Source of the DNA: an uncultured bacterium
GTDB lineage: Bacteria > Planctomycetota > UBA1135 > GCA-002686595
Assembly (NCBI GenBank): GCA_943787795.1
Contig: CALSNU010000003.1
Coordinates: 491,708-555,707 of the forward strand
Direction: 5' to 3'
DNA length: 64,000 nucleotides
The translations under genes were made by a program, and so were the position numbers. Below are positions 1 through 8,857 of this stretch, one piece after another (position 1 is the first letter of the stretch; the number at the start of each line of letters is the position of its first letter). The notes beneath the pieces were generated by a model. That model was not told the origin of the DNA, made no database searches, and saw only the letters and a list, made by a program, of their open reading frames with translations.

Positions 1-795
1 ATCGTCGCCGGGGAGCGCTGGATCCACTGCCACAGCTACCGCCAGGACGAGATCCTCATGCTAGCCCGTCTGGCCCAGGCCTTCGGGTTCAAGATCGGCA
101 CCTTCCAGCACGTGCTGGAGGGCTACAAGGTCGCCGAGGAGATCGCCGAGGCCGCCGTGGGGGCCTCGACCTTCTCGGACTGGTGGGCGTACAAGTTCGA
201 GGTGGTGGACGCCATCCCGCACAACGCGACCCTCATGAGCGACGTGGGCGTGAACGTGTCCATCAACTCCGACAGCAGCGAGCACGCCCGGCGCCTCAAC
301 ACCGAGGCCGCCAAGGCGGTGAAGTACGGCCGCATGGAGCGCGCCGAGGCCATCAAGCTGGTGACCCTCAACCCGGCCATCCAGCTGGGGATCGGGGAGC
401 AGACCGGCTCCATCGAGGTGGGCAAGGATGCGGACCTCGCCATCTGGTCCGGCGACCCCCTCAGCTACCAGTCGCGCTGCGTCTCGACTTTCGTGGACGG
501 CCGCGAGCTCTTCTCGCTGGCGTCCGACGCCGCCGCGCGCGCTGACGCCGAGGCGGAGCGTCAGCGGATCATCCAGAAGCTCCTGAAGGGGGGCAGCAAG
601 CCCAAGAAGTCCCGGGGCAGCTGGGGCGGCCGGGACGGAGGTGAGCGCCTCGCGGACCGCGACCTCGCTCGCTTCCGCGACGAGCTCGAGGACCTGTGGC
701 GCTCCGGCGCCGACCCCACTCTCTCGCGGCCAGGGGTGTGCGGCTGCTTCGATGTCCTCTACGAGATGGCCGCCACGCGCGCCGGGAGCCGCTGA
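1..795 (+). CDS. Amidohydrolase family protein (5'-truncated by window edge)
   Basis: Frame 1 is open from base 1 (IVAGERWIHCHSYRQDE). Carries TFQHVLEGYK, INSDS and TLNPAIQLG...GSIEVGKDADL motifs of the amidohydrolase superfamily. Confidence 0.85.
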   Translation: MVAGERWIHCHSYRQDEILMLARLAQAFGFKIGTFQHVLEGYKVAEEIAEAAVGASTFSDWWAYKFEVVDAIPHNATLMSDVGVNVSINSDSSEHARRLNTEAAKAVKYGRMERAEAIKLVTLNPAIQLGIGEQTGSIEVGKDADLAIWSGDPLSYQSRCVSTFVDGRELFSLASDAAARADAEAERQRIIQKLLKGGSKPKKSRGSWGGRDGGERLADRDLARFRDELEDLWRSGADPTLSRPGVCGCFDVLYEMAATRAGSR

Positions 796-796
796 T

Positions 797-2119
797 ATGA
801 GCACCTCCATTCAACTTCAGCTCGCGGCGCTCGTCGCCCTCGCAGCCCCCGCCCTCTCCCAGGACCTGACCCCCAGCGCGGCCGCCCAGGAGGGCCCGGT
901 GCTCCTGCGCGGCGCCACCATCCACACGGTGTCCGGCGACGTGATCGAGGGCGGCGACCTGCTCTTCGAGGACGGCGTCATCCAGGCCGTCTCCGCCGAG
1001 CGCCTCGACGCGGGTGAGGCCCGAGTCTTCGAGCTGGAGGGGCGCCACGTGTTCCCCGGCTTCGTCCTGGCGACGAGCACCCTGGGGCTCGTGGAGGTGG
1101 ACTCGGTGGACATGACCATCGACACCTCCGAGGGCGGCTCCCTCAACCCTGAGGTCTATGCTGCGGTGGCCGTGAACCCTGACTCCTGGCACCTGCCCGT
1201 CACCCGCCGCAACGGCGTGCTGGTGGCCGGCGTGTTCCCCCAGGGGGGCTTGGTCCCCGGCCGCGTCTCCACCATCCAGCTGGACGGCTGGAGCTGGGAG
1301 GACCTGGCCCTGGACCGCCACGCCGGGCTCGCCATCAACTGGCCCTCCGAGCGCTCCTCGCGCTTCCGTCGCTGGAGCGGCGGGGGCGGTGACTCCGGTG
1401 ACCGCGCCAAGCGTCAGATCGCCGAGCTGGACGCCCTGTTCGACGCCGCGGCTGCCTACGTGGCCGCCAAGGACGCCGACCCCACCGTCCCCACGGATCT
1501 GCGCTTCGAGGCCATGCGCCCGATCCTCTCGGGCGAGGACCCCGTGTTCCTCTCCATCACCACCCGCAAGCAGGCCGAGGCGGCCCTGCCCTGGTGCGCA
1601 GCGCGCGGCCTGCGCGTCGCCATCGCCGGGGGCCGCGACGCCCTCCAGTACGCGGACCTCCTGGTGCGCCACGACGTGCCCGTGGCGATCACCAGCACCC
1701 ACCGCCTCCCGCACCGCCGGGACCTCTCCTACGCCACCACCTACGAGCTGCCCGCGAAGCTCGAGGCCGCCGGCGTCCGCTGGTGCCTGACCATGGGGGC
1801 TCGGGACAGCTCCAACGCGCGCAACCTCTGCTACGAGGCCGCCGCCGCGGTGCCCCACGGGCTGACCCCCGCCCAGGCACTGCGCTCGGTGACCCTCTCC
1901 TCCGCGGAGTTCCTGGGCATCGACGACCACGTGGGCTCCCTGGACAAGGGCAAGCACGCCACGCTCTTCGTGGCGGACGGCGACCCCTTCGAGCTGGGCA
2001 CGAAGATCGAGCACGCCTTCGTCCAGGGCCGCAAGATTTCCCTCACTGACAAGCAGACGGCCCTCGACGCCAAGTACCGCGAGAAGTACCGCCAGCGCGG
2101 GACGCTCAAGCGGGACTGA
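797..2119 (+). CDS. Secreted amidohydrolase-family protein, second of a tandem pair
   Basis: ATG lies 1 nt after the upstream TGA. Signal peptide (LAALVALAAPALSQ), N-terminal GATIHTVSG...GDLLFEDG beta-domain and C-terminal GSLDKGKHATLFV. Confidence 0.8.
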   Translation: MSTSIQLQLAALVALAAPALSQDLTPSAAAQEGPVLLRGATIHTVSGDVIEGGDLLFEDGVIQAVSAERLDAGEARVFELEGRHVFPGFVLATSTLGLVEVDSVDMTIDTSEGGSLNPEVYAAVAVNPDSWHLPVTRRNGVLVAGVFPQGGLVPGRVSTIQLDGWSWEDLALDRHAGLAINWPSERSSRFRRWSGGGGDSGDRAKRQIAELDALFDAAAAYVAAKDADPTVPTDLRFEAMRPILSGEDPVFLSITTRKQAEAALPWCAARGLRVAIAGGRDALQYADLLVRHDVPVAITSTHRLPHRRDLSYATTYELPAKLEAAGVRWCLTMGARDSSNARNLCYEAAAAVPHGLTPAQALRSVTLSSAEFLGIDDHVGSLDKGKHATLFVADGDPFELGTKIEHAFVQGRKISLTDKQTALDAKYREKYRQRGTLKRD

Positions 2120-2329
2120 GAGGGCGCCGGCACCAGGGTCAGGATCGCCTCGCTCCTCGGAGGAGGAGGCGCCTCCACAGTCATCTGCTCAGGCACGACC
2201 GCTTCTTGGTTCGCGAGGGCCGGACCCGGTCTCGCCGGAGCGGTTGTGTCGACCTGGCGGGGGTCACCGCGGCCTTGGATGGGGATCTCACCCTGGGGCC
2301 GCGGGTCGGTCCCGGCGGCCCACTGCGGC

Positions 2330-2665
2330 TCAGCGCTTCCCGGCGCCATAGCCCCGCAGGAGTCGCCGGCCGGCGTGGAGGACCAGGCCGAGCACCACAG
2401 CGCCCCCGGCCACGGCCCACACCATCGGCTCGGCGGCGGCGTCGGCGACGACCTCGAGCACGACCATGCCCCAGCCCCAGGCGAAGTAGAGGGAGCCGGA
2501 GAACGTGCGGGTGCGCCAGAGCTGCACGGAGGCGTAGAAGCCCACCAGCGCCACGGCGAAGGTCATGACGTACAGGCCTGGCCCGTACGCCCCCTGGCCC
2601 AAGAGGATCGCCGCGAGGGTGATCCCGGCGACCAGGAAGAGGCTGCATTGCCGAGGCGTGAACAT
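2330..2665 (-). CDS. Small hypothetical integral membrane protein (~4 TM)
   Basis: MFTPRQCSLFLVAGITLAAILL...; four hydrophobic segments and GC3-biased codons. Confidence 0.6.
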   Translation of the reverse strand: MFTPRQCSLFLVAGITLAAILLGQGAYGPGLYVMTFAVALVGFYASVQLWRTRTFSGSLYFAWGWGMVVLEVVADAAAEPMVWAVAGGAVVLGLVLHAGRRLLRGYGAGKR

Positions 2666-2852
2666 GGGAATCCCTACGAGCCGCGCACCGGGGTATTCAG
2701 GGGAGGGCACGGGTAGCCGGGGCGGCAGCTGGGGTGCCCTTGGGGCACATCCCCGGTCCTCCATGACCCCTGGGAGCGAGGAGCCGCGCGGAGTGCGTGC
2801 CCGCCGGGTCAGGAGTGGCCGGGTCGCCCGCGGGCGACCCGGCGGCGTCATC

Positions 2853-5165
2853 TCAAAGCGCGATGGTCAGGTCATCGCCCTCGCCCTTCTCGTCGATGCC
2901 ATTCGGACCGATGGACCAGAGGGTGCCCTCCTGGCCGGTGACGGAGTACCTGTAGGCTCGACCCCAGGCGTCGAGGGGAATCGCAGTGCCCTTGAGGTAG
3001 CGGGAGCCGAACTCATCCGGCTCCACGAGGGGTTCGAGGGTGGCGGGCAGTCGACCTGCGTTGTTGAGCTGGAACGACTCTAGCGCCGAGCTCAGGGCCT
3101 CTAGATCGGCCTGAGTCTGGCTCTGCGCGGAGGCCTGGTCCTCCTCGGTGTCGTCAAGGAACATCGGCTGTTCGCCGACCTCCGCGTTTACTGTTTGCTC
3201 GTCGTCCCATCCGTCTCCCGCCGCGTCGAAGCCCGTAGCGGCTCCAAAGACGCTCGCGCCGCCGATGACAGCGATGCCCATGAGCATGGAGACCTCGGGG
3301 CCGATGGAGGACTCGGTGACGTCCATCCGGCCGCCCTCGAGGGCCAACGAGTAGCGCTCGCTCGGGCTGAAGTGACGGGTCAGCACGGTCATGTCAGGAA
3401 GCGCCTCCAGCTGGAACGGCAGCTCGCCGCCCCCTGCGAGGCCACCGAGCATCGGGGCGAGGGCCTTCAGCTGGGTGTAGAGGTTGCCCATGAAGAGCGG
3501 CCAATCGGCGAAGTTCACCATCGACGCGCCGTCGGCGACTCCGGTCTGGACGAGGCCCGCATGGAGCGTCGCCTCCTCGCCGGCCTTGATGAGCTTGGCG
3601 ACCCGGCGCACCTCACGCTTGGCGTGGGTGGGGAGCGTGGAGAACAGGACGCGATCGTCCATCACCGTGATGGTGGGGCGGACGAAGGTCGAGGGGTCAA
3701 TTGGAAGCCCGGCCATGAGACCGCCGCCCTGCATACCGCCGCCGCCGCCGTCGGCGTCTGCCAGGGACCAGCTGTAGAGCGTGGCGCCCCGGTAGTCTGT
3801 CCGCTGCCCCTCGATCTCGCCGAGCTCCTTGATCATGCCTACCAGGCCGTCCATGCCGCGGGTGAAGGCCTCGCGGTCCTCCAGTTCGGCGACCGCCATC
3901 AGGTTCGGCGCCGAGAGCAGCGAGCGGAGCTTCGGCAGGCTGTAGGAGATCGAGTCGCCGAGCGGCGCGATCACGTCGCGGTCCACGCGGAAGCCGAACT
4001 GCTGCTCCAGCTGGGACATCATGGCCTCCACGGACTCAGGGTCGGGGGCGGCTTCTGTCACCATGCCGAGGAGCATGGCGGGGTCGAAGCTGGCGACGGC
4101 GGTGACGAGGGCGTCGGGGTGGGCGAGGTCCAGACTCGAGGCCTCGATGGGGGAGCCGCCGATCATGTCGAGGCCGGGGCTGGGAGACTCGCCGGGGACC
4201 CACCCGCGGGTCGAGAACCGGCCGCCCTCGAGGATGCTCACGTCCCAGTGGCCGCCTCGAATCATGGCGGAGGCCGGGGCGCCCATCATGAGCTCGAGCA
4301 TCGAGCCCATGGGGCCGAGGAGCAGCGTCTCCATCAGCCCCCCGCCGCCGTCCATGGACTCCATCAAGGCGTTGATCCCCGCGTACGGGGAGACGTAGGC
4401 CTCGATCATCCTCACGCCAGCGCTCTCTCCGAGCTTGGCCCGACCGGCGGTGATCTGGTCGCTGACCACCCCGAGCGCCACGCCGCTCATGCGCTGGAGC
4501 TCGGCGTCGATGTCCTCGAGGCCGGCGACCAGCACGGCGCGCGTGCCCCCTTGCACGATGTACTGGGGGAGCGAGCCGTCCATGCCCACCATGCCGTTGA
4601 TCGTGGCGCTGGCGGCCCCGAAGGAGCCCCCGTCGCCTTGTAGCGTGAGGGTGCGCGTGGAGAGCTTGGGCTTCATGCTCTCCGGGAGGCCCGCGGAGTT
4701 CGCCGCTGTGTAGTCCATGAGGACCTTGACCCAGGCGGCGCACGAGGCCTCATCCACGAAGTCCACCACCCAGCGGATGGCCAGCTGGGGCTCCTCCGTG
4801 GGGAAGCCGAGGGTGAAGATCGCGGACATGAGGTCCGCGTCACCCAGGAAGTCCAGGGAGATGGAGATGGACCGAACTCCCTGGTGCAGGTCGAGGATCG
4901 GCGGGAGGTCGTTCCCCATGCCGCGCAGCTGCTGGACCAGGAGCTCCACCGGGTCCACGGGGCCGCTCCCCATGACCTCGCCGATGGCCTTCTGGAGGTC
5001 AGCGTCCGCCATCATCTTCGCCATGGCGGTCGTGCCGTAGCGCCCCATGGTTCCCTGGAGATCCGGCACGCTGAGGACGAACTCCGCGGAGTCGGGGTGG
5101 AGCCCGGGGGCCTCCTGCGGCGTCAGGGGCGAGAGGGTCGTGGCGAGTGCGAGGGTGAAGAGCAT
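2853..5165 (-). CDS. Secreted DUF3352-like protein with C-terminal type II secretion GspG-like pilin head domain
   Basis: Signal peptide MLFTLALATTLSPL. The C-terminus LEALSSALESFQLNNAGRLP...LEPLV...YLKGTAIPLDAWGRAYRY...LWSIGPNGIDEKGEGDDL matches the GspG signature DPWGxxYxY...SxGPDG...DD. Confidence 0.7.
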   Translation of the reverse strand: MLFTLALATTLSPLTPQEAPGLHPDSAEFVLSVPDLQGTMGRYGTTAMAKMMADADLQKAIGEVMGSGPVDPVELLVQQLRGMGNDLPPILDLHQGVRSISISLDFLGDADLMSAIFTLGFPTEEPQLAIRWVVDFVDEASCAAWVKVLMDYTAANSAGLPESMKPKLSTRTLTLQGDGGSFGAASATINGMVGMDGSLPQYIVQGGTRAVLVAGLEDIDAELQRMSGVALGVVSDQITAGRAKLGESAGVRMIEAYVSPYAGINALMESMDGGGGLMETLLLGPMGSMLELMMGAPASAMIRGGHWDVSILEGGRFSTRGWVPGESPSPGLDMIGGSPIEASSLDLAHPDALVTAVASFDPAMLLGMVTEAAPDPESVEAMMSQLEQQFGFRVDRDVIAPLGDSISYSLPKLRSLLSAPNLMAVAELEDREAFTRGMDGLVGMIKELGEIEGQRTDYRGATLYSWSLADADGGGGGMQGGGLMAGLPIDPSTFVRPTITVMDDRVLFSTLPTHAKREVRRVAKLIKAGEEATLHAGLVQTGVADGASMVNFADWPLFMGNLYTQLKALAPMLGGLAGGGELPFQLEALPDMTVLTRHFSPSERYSLALEGGRMDVTESSIGPEVSMLMGIAVIGGASVFGAATGFDAAGDGWDDEQTVNAEVGEQPMFLDDTEEDQASAQSQTQADLEALSSALESFQLNNAGRLPATLEPLVEPDEFGSRYLKGTAIPLDAWGRAYRYSVTGQEGTLWSIGPNGIDEKGEGDDLTIAL

Positions 5166-5387
5166 GGGATCTACGGGGCGAGAAAGGAGGGGGCTGCGGC
5201 GCCGGGTAGCACCTAGGAAATCTAGTGGTCTGGGCCGGCTCCGACGAGGGAGGCCTTGTTCCTTTCGCGGACGGGCGGGGATATTTGCCTTGGCCGCCAG
5301 GAAGTTCAGCTTCGGGAGCCGCCTCCAGAGGCCGACGGTGAGATCCAAGGTGGATCTCAGGCGAAGCTCGGCCGCAACAGGTTGGCA

Positions 5388-5968
5388 ATGGCGACCATCC
5401 CTTCGTCTCCGATGGTGCGCTATCTCAGGCTCAAGACTGCCGACGGGACGCTCCTGGCCCACGTCGCGGCCTTGGCGGCGCTGGCGGCGGGAGGGACCGC
5501 GGGCCAGCGGCTGGGGCCTGGCAGGTTCAGCCCGGCCTCGTGCCGTCCCTCGGCTGCGTCCTCGGGCTCATGGGGGTCATCGCGGCCCGGAGCTAGGCAA
5601 CCGCGACGCTCTTCCCGGTCGGCTCGGGAATCTGGGCGCTCTTCAGCGTCGCGTGGCTCCTCCACTTCACGTACTGGGGACTCGAGGGGATCGGCCCCTG
5701 GCTCGTGGCGACCGCCACCGGGCTCTGCGTGGCCGTCAGCGTCTGGCAGCGTGGCTTCTCCAAAGCCCATGGAGTCCGCTACTGGACGACCTCCTTGCTG
5801 GGCGGGCAGGCGTGGATCTACTGGCAGGGCGGCCTCGCAGACGGTCGGTGGAAGCTCTCCACCGCGCTCGCCTGGCCAGCGCTCCTCTGCCTGTGCTTCA
5901 TCGTGCTGTTGGTGACCGAATGGGGCACCTCCGGTCCACAGGGCTCGGACTCCCGCGACCCAGACTGA
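5388..5968 (+). pseudogene. Disrupted membrane protein gene (frameshift near 5513-5516 and in-frame TAG at 5594-5596)
   Basis: The hydrophobic N-terminal part (MVRYLRLKTADGTLLAHVAALAALAAGG) is in one frame. It continues in another frame (GAWQVQPGLVPSLGCVLGLMGVIAARS*ATATLFPVGSGIWALFSVAWLLHFTYWG...) to TGA at 5968. Confidence 0.55.
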
Positions 5969-6073
5969 GGACACCTTGCGGGGTTTCCTTCGTCCATAGG
6001 GGGGGGCCGGCGCTCCTGCTCTTGCCTTCCGGCCGTGGTCTGGGTGATGACGAGTCCCCCGCGCGGTCTCCGG

Positions 6074-8269
6074 TCAGTCATTGTGGTGGTCCCACGCGAC
6101 GAGGAATTCACCGCCCATCAGCAGGGGCGACGCGTCCGTCGGGCGAAGTTCGAAGGCCACGCAGCCCTCCGGTCGCCCCTCGATCCAGTAGACGCGCTGA
6201 AAGCCCATCTTCAGTGCGAGGTCCATGGCGCGCTCTCGGCTCAAGGAGGGGCGGTTCGAATCCACGTCGTAGAGCTGAAACCCGTAGTTGATCCAATCCA
6301 CGCCGGGCACCGGTCTCGGCTGGCCCTGCAGCATGGCCATCTCCGTCAGCACCGGCCCGCTGAACGGTGCGGCGCGTGGCTGCTTCGGCGTGCTCGACCA
6401 GTAGGCCTCCAGGCCGGGAGGCACGTACACCACAGATCGTCGCCGCTCGGCGCGTGGGGTTACCTCGTAGAGGTGCCGGAGGCACGCCGTGACCGCGGCG
6501 CGGGAGCGCTGGTGCCCTGTCTCCGTCCCCGTGGATACCGGTACGCTCCGTCGGTCCGCCGCTACGTCCTTGCCCATGCGGACTAGGTCCCTCCCAGTGT
6601 TGAAGACGAGGATCACCGTGAGGGCCTGGATGACGCGCCTTTGGCGGCGCTCGCGCCGCGCCCCGTCGCCGCCGCGGGAGTTGTCCTTTGTGGCTGGTGT
6701 GCGGCGGCTCAAGCCCGGACCGAGGCGCAGGCAGACAGAGACCACAATGATCACCGACAGCCACTGCTGTACGGTGTGAAAGTAGAGGCCGGAGCCTCCG
6801 GCGATCACCACGCTCATGCTGATCGCGAAGCCAATGATGGCGACGATGAAGAGCACCTCGAGGTCGAGCAGGCGCCCCTTCCTCAGGCGAGCCCTGAGGC
6901 GAGCAGGGCTTGTCACACCGAGCTCGCAGCACCGCAGCCAGCAAGCCAGCCCGGCCCAGGCAAGGCTCACGGGGAAAAAGATGGGCCAGAAGGGAACCTC
7001 CACGTAGGCCCGGAGGAAGTGCAGGGGCTCCAGGCTCGCGGCCTCCTCAGGCGCCCATCTCAGCGAGTTGATATAGAGGGCCATCGCCAGCGTCAGACCC
7101 AGTGAGGCGAGGGGCACTGGTCGGATCAGCCATCCCGGCCGGCGTGCGACCAGCCACGCGATGGTGGGCCCTGCTAGGACCAATAGAGAGATCTTTGAGA
7201 TGCCCCACAGGCCGATGGCGATCGGGAGGAGAAGGGCCTGGAACCAGCCCCTGCGGGCGCCCCACTGCAGCCACGGGAGGATGGCGCCCATGCAAAGGAA
7301 GGCGAGCGTAAGCCCAACGCCCATGGACTCCGAGATGAGGAAGCTAGGCTTGAGCCCAGCCAGGTGCCCGATGGGTGATGGGAGGAAGCCACCGATGGCG
7401 ACCATGACCACCAGCCAGGCGGTCCACCAGCGTTGCCGGTCGCGTCCGTGCCCAATCCCCCGGCGCCTCCTTGCCCGAGCGGACGCGGCCGCAGCGAGGA
7501 TGAGCGCGTGCGCAAAGAGGGTGGTGAAGACGATCGGATAGGCGGTGCAGTAGCTGGTGACCACTGAGGTCCCTTGGCCCTCGGCCAGCGCCGCCATGGC
7601 GGCATGACTGCCCCAGTGGTAGCCGAGCCACGGGAGGCCGTCGAGGCCCGTGCTGGGAACCTCGTAGGAACGGAGCATGCCGGCGATCGACATGTGGAAG
7701 ACGGAGTCCACGTGCGTATTCCCTATGGCCTCCAGTCCGACGTCCGTCGTGGGCGTTAGATATCCACGGCCGAGTGTGATCGAGGTCAACAGGACGCCCA
7801 TCGCGAGCCCTGCGAGGGCCAGGGTCCGAACTCGGGGGGCGCCCTCCCCCTCGCGCCGAGCCAGGACAAGGGCGAGGCTGGATACGCCAAGAAGGGCGCA
7901 CACGAGGCCCGCCCCCGGCCCCAGCCAAAAGCCTCCGGCGAGACCCACTAAGAGCACGGCAGCGGTTCTGGGTCCTGGGTCCAAGGGACCATCCCGGCCA
8001 ACGAGTAGGGGTAGGTTGAAGACCATCCATGCGAAGCCGACCGAGAGAGCGGCCTCGCGGACCCACAGGTCCTCCAGTCCAAGGCGGCACAGGATGATCA
8101 CCGCGCCGATCGTGGCTGCGGCGGCGGAGGCGGTCAGGGCGCTCCAAACTGCGGGCCCGCCGGGAGCCTCCGCCAGATCGCCCGGCTCAAAGCCGGGGCG
8201 ATCTCCGGTCGAGGGCTTGGAGTGGTCGGAGCTGGTTTGGTCTGAGCTCATCTTCCCAGCGAATGTCAT
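6074..8269 (-). CDS. Large polytopic membrane protein, possibly GT-C-fold glycosyltransferase-like
   Basis: 731-aa ORF with more than 12 hydrophobic segments and a DSVFH...YHWGSH loop. Codon usage is visibly less GC3-biased than in neighbours. Confidence 0.6.
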   Translation of the reverse strand: MTFAGKMSSDQTSSDHSKPSTGDRPGFEPGDLAEAPGGPAVWSALTASAAAATIGAVIILCRLGLEDLWVREAALSVGFAWMVFNLPLLVGRDGPLDPGPRTAAVLLVGLAGGFWLGPGAGLVCALLGVSSLALVLARREGEGAPRVRTLALAGLAMGVLLTSITLGRGYLTPTTDVGLEAIGNTHVDSVFHMSIAGMLRSYEVPSTGLDGLPWLGYHWGSHAAMAALAEGQGTSVVTSYCTAYPIVFTTLFAHALILAAAASARARRRRGIGHGRDRQRWWTAWLVVMVAIGGFLPSPIGHLAGLKPSFLISESMGVGLTLAFLCMGAILPWLQWGARRGWFQALLLPIAIGLWGISKISLLVLAGPTIAWLVARRPGWLIRPVPLASLGLTLAMALYINSLRWAPEEAASLEPLHFLRAYVEVPFWPIFFPVSLAWAGLACWLRCCELGVTSPARLRARLRKGRLLDLEVLFIVAIIGFAISMSVVIAGGSGLYFHTVQQWLSVIIVVSVCLRLGPGLSRRTPATKDNSRGGDGARRERRQRRVIQALTVILVFNTGRDLVRMGKDVAADRRSVPVSTGTETGHQRSRAAVTACLRHLYEVTPRAERRRSVVYVPPGLEAYWSSTPKQPRAAPFSGPVLTEMAMLQGQPRPVPGVDWINYGFQLYDVDSNRPSLSRERAMDLALKMGFQRVYWIEGRPEGCVAFELRPTDASPLLMGGEFLVAWDHHND

Positions 8270-8857
8270 GGGCTATCAAAGGAGGCGTGGTCCTCCGGGT
8301 GTCACGTGGGAGCCGGCCGCATCGTATGGGATATGCTGGGCGCCCCTCGGCGCGAGCGTACGGCGCGCGTCGCCTGGCGTTCCAACGCAGGGGAGCGAAA
8401 GACGGGAGATGTGGCGTCGCCGCCCACGTCGATCATGCCGTCTCGGTTCGGGGGTCGAGGGGAGGGCTGCACGCCGCTGGAGTGGTGGGACGATGGGAGC
8501 CTCACCGAGCCTCGTCACGGGGCGTGGGCGGCCGAAGTGGCCCTCGGGAGCGGCTCACTTGCTGCCGCCCTTCCGACGCCGACGCCTCGCGTGAGGGAAA
8601 TCTGCCGCCCTGGCCTGCCGCTGAGGGCCCCAGCCTCCGTACCCTCTAGCCCTCGACCGCCGCATTCGTGGCCCCCCCCGGGGTCGCTGCGGGTGCGGAG
8701 CCCCGGCCTGCTGGACGGCTTGTGACGTCCGGCGATAGGCCACGGACTGCCTGCCTGGTGTGGGCGCCTGGTGCCCGCCGGTCCCCACTTGAACAAGATT
8801 GCGCGGCGTCTCCCTAGCCGCCACCGGGCCTCCCTGGCCCAAGCCAAGACGATGACC

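Noticed and set aside
6253..6263. GGTTCGAATCC resembling a tRNA T-loop
   Set aside because: Lies inside a coding region and I could not fold a cloverleaf or acceptor stem around it.
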